Positions 33,919 through 35,900 of a DNA stretch of 35,900 nt are shown one piece after another (position 1 is the stretch's first letter; each line of letters opens with the position of its first letter). The notes under the pieces are model-generated. The model was given only the letters and a program-made list of their open reading frames with translations. It made no database searches and was not told the origin of the DNA. Source of the DNA: Octopus bimaculoides. Lineage: Eukaryota. A program made the translations under genes and the position numbers. The stretch spans positions 120,806,187-120,842,086 of the forward strand of contig NC_068981.1 of NCBI RefSeq assembly GCF_001194135.2, in the 5' to 3' direction.

Positions 33919-34661
33919 TATATATATANNNNNNNNNNNNNNNNNNNNNNNNNNNNNNNNNNNNNNNNNNNNNNNNNNNNNNNNNNNNNNNNNNNNNNNN
34001 NNNNNNNNNNNNNNNNNNNNNNNNNNNNNNNNNNNNNNNNNNNNNNNNNNNNNNNNNNNNNNNNNNNNNNNNNNNNNNNNNNNNNNNNNNNNNNNNNNNN
34101 NNNNNNNNNNNNNNNNNNNNNNNNNNNNNNNNNNNNNNNNNNNNNNNNNNNNNNNNNNNNNNNNNNNNNNNNNNNNNNNNNNNNNNNNNNNNNNNNNNNN
34201 NNNNNNNNNNNNNNNNNNNNNNNNNNNNNNNNNNNNNNNNNNNNNNNNNNNNNNNNNNNNNNNNNNNNNNNNNNNNNNNNNNNNNNNNNNNNNNNNNNNN
34301 NNNNNNNNNNNNNNNNNNNNNNNNNNNNNNNNNNNNNNNNNNNNNNNNNNNNNNNNNNNNNNNNNNNNNNNNNNNNNNNNNNNNNNNNNNNNNNNNNNNN
34401 NNNNNNNNNNNNNNNNNNNNNNNNNNNNNNNNNNNNNNNNNNNNNNNNNNNNNNNNNNNNNNNNNNNNNNNNNNNNNNNNNNNNNNNNNNNNNNNNNNNN
34501 NNNNNNNNNNNNNNNNNNNNNNNNNNNNNNNNNNNNNNNNNNNNNNNNNNNNNNNNNNNNNNNNNNNNNNNNNNNNNNNNNNNNNNNNNNNNNNNNNNNN
34601 NNNNNNNNNNNNNNNNNNNNNNNNNNNNNNNNNNNNNNNNNNNNNNNNNNNNNNNNNNNNN

Positions 34662-35656
34662 CTCTGTCTGTGTGGTTGTGCATGATGCAGATTTTTTTTT
34701 TGTTTGGGGAGGGGACTCTGGCGTGTGCTGTTTTTTCCTTTTGTTGCTCGCAGTTGAGAACTCCATCTTTGCCGTTTCGTTCTCCACTACGGCAACCATT
34801 TTCTCACTCTCTTGTTCTTGTTGTTGTTGTTTTTTTTTCTCAGTGTTTCCACTCTCCACTTCGACGGTGACTGCTCTATCTTTTCCTTCCTCGTCCGCTT
34901 TCGGAGGAGGGGCGTCACCCGCTTTAACGGTGTTTGGCTTTTTTTTAATACAGGCCAAACGGACGTGACCCTTCTGCCCACACTTGAAACATCTGAGTCG
35001 ATGTCCCTCCACCGACACGCGGATGGTGTGCCCCTCCCCCACAAACACCCTATCGGGCAAATTTTCAAATGTGTTGTTTTCAGCTTGGACCACAATTTCT
35101 CCAACTGGTCGCTTCCTTCCTCTTCATACTCAGAATATTTATTTTTTCCTCAACGTCGAATATTACCGCTGCTGCCGCCCACATTACGTCGTATCTGAAT
35201 GGTATGTCCTCTATGGTTACCCATGCTGTTCTTTTTCCCATGTAAGTGGGCAGCAACATGATTGTATCATTTTTCAACGTTTCCGTTGATACCTCCCTCG
35301 CCATTTCAGCCGAGTCGAAGTGCACCTCAACCGTTGCACTTCGTACTCCGCGGTTGACGTGGCGGACCTTTGGCCATATTGGTGCCAGACACATTTTGAC
35401 CAGTTCGTTACGAACCTCAGCAATTTTTTTCTCCTTTATATACCACAATTTTTTCCTTCAGGGCATTGATAGTCTTGGGTGGTGGAATCAATTTGGTTTC
35501 ACCATCCACCTTTTGGATGTACTTTCTGAAAGCGTACAGACTTTCTTTTACAACTTTTAATTCTATGGTGTTTCCACCAACAGCCTGAGAAAAACTTTGC
35601 TTTTCCTTTAGCATACCTTCTCCCTGAATGGGAACGTTGCTCTCAGCTGTCGCCAT
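34662..35656 (-). pseudogene. L1/Tx1-like ORF1 (RRM-like region plus CCHC zinc knuckle) with two frameshifts; the rest is lost in the gap
   Basis: ATG at 35656 (MATAESN..SFSQAV). A +1 shift in an A7 run at about 35424-30 and a second shift at about 35095. V.VEGHRLRCFKCGQKGHVRLAC (CX2CX4HX4C at 34991->34950) is followed by a basic/acidic low-complexity tail. Confidence 0.8.
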
Positions 35657-35854
35657 TCTTGTCACAAAGACAAAAAATCTTGTCGCAAAGACAAATAATT
35701 GTGTTGGTAATTTCCAGCCCCGTAGGGCAAAAACAACTGTTAAACAACCAGTTACTGAATTTTACAGTTCAAAAATATATCACAATAACACACGGAGAAG
35801 AACTCACACAGACGTAGCAGCAAAGAAATGTTGAATCACAAGTTACAATATTCC

Positions 35855-35900
35855 AAACAGGAAGTGTGTGTAAGGGAAGACAATTCTGTGGGTTTTATAC
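35855..35900 (-). promoter_or_regulatory. Penelope-1 pseudo-LTR segment (TATA-like gtataaaa plus ETS-like cttcctgt) upstream of the ORF1 5' UTR
   Basis: 45/46 identical to 2549-2594 and to 21148-21193. Promoter function is an inference. Confidence 0.5.

Noticed and set aside
33864-34661. Long ORFs of 263-409 aa
   Set aside because: Mostly N run. The post-gap tail (YIYGVSPKTLP...) is a MITE TIR. Only 34662-35093 is real ORF1 sequence.

Overview
AT-rich, microsatellite-dense animal genomic DNA with about 10 assembly gaps. It is very probably an octopus or other coleoid; this is inferred from the tRNA-derived SINE families, RTE tails and repeat density, not from a database match. Most of the window is intronic and packed with transposon relics. 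These include RTE LINE pieces, at least four tRNA-SINE families, two different Penelope-like (GIY-YIG) elements, a Helitron with recognisable ends, an R4/Dong-like RLE fragment, an L1/Tx1-like ORF1, and hAT, piggyBac-like and mariner-like MITEs. One host gene on the + strand is supported by two clean phase-0 exons (27755-28048 and 30348-30524) that encode a coiled coil plus linker resembling UBXN1/UBXN4-type UBX proteins; its upstream exons are uncertain. Four things stand out. (1) A 46-bp TATA/ETS-containing segment of the Penelope terminal repeat also sits directly upstream of the Tx1-like ORF1. (2) That terminal repeat contains a candidate U3-A8 minimal hammerhead. (3) About 13 retroposons form a 3.8-kb head-to-tail chain, all on one strand and joined by (ATT)n. 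(4) The Penelope terminal repeat forms an inverted hairpin with a readable template-switch junction. Almost all ORFs in the supplied track are spurious, arising from microsatellites, N runs or antisense repeat frames. Repeat boundaries are read by eye and are approximate unless TIRs or TSDs are quoted.
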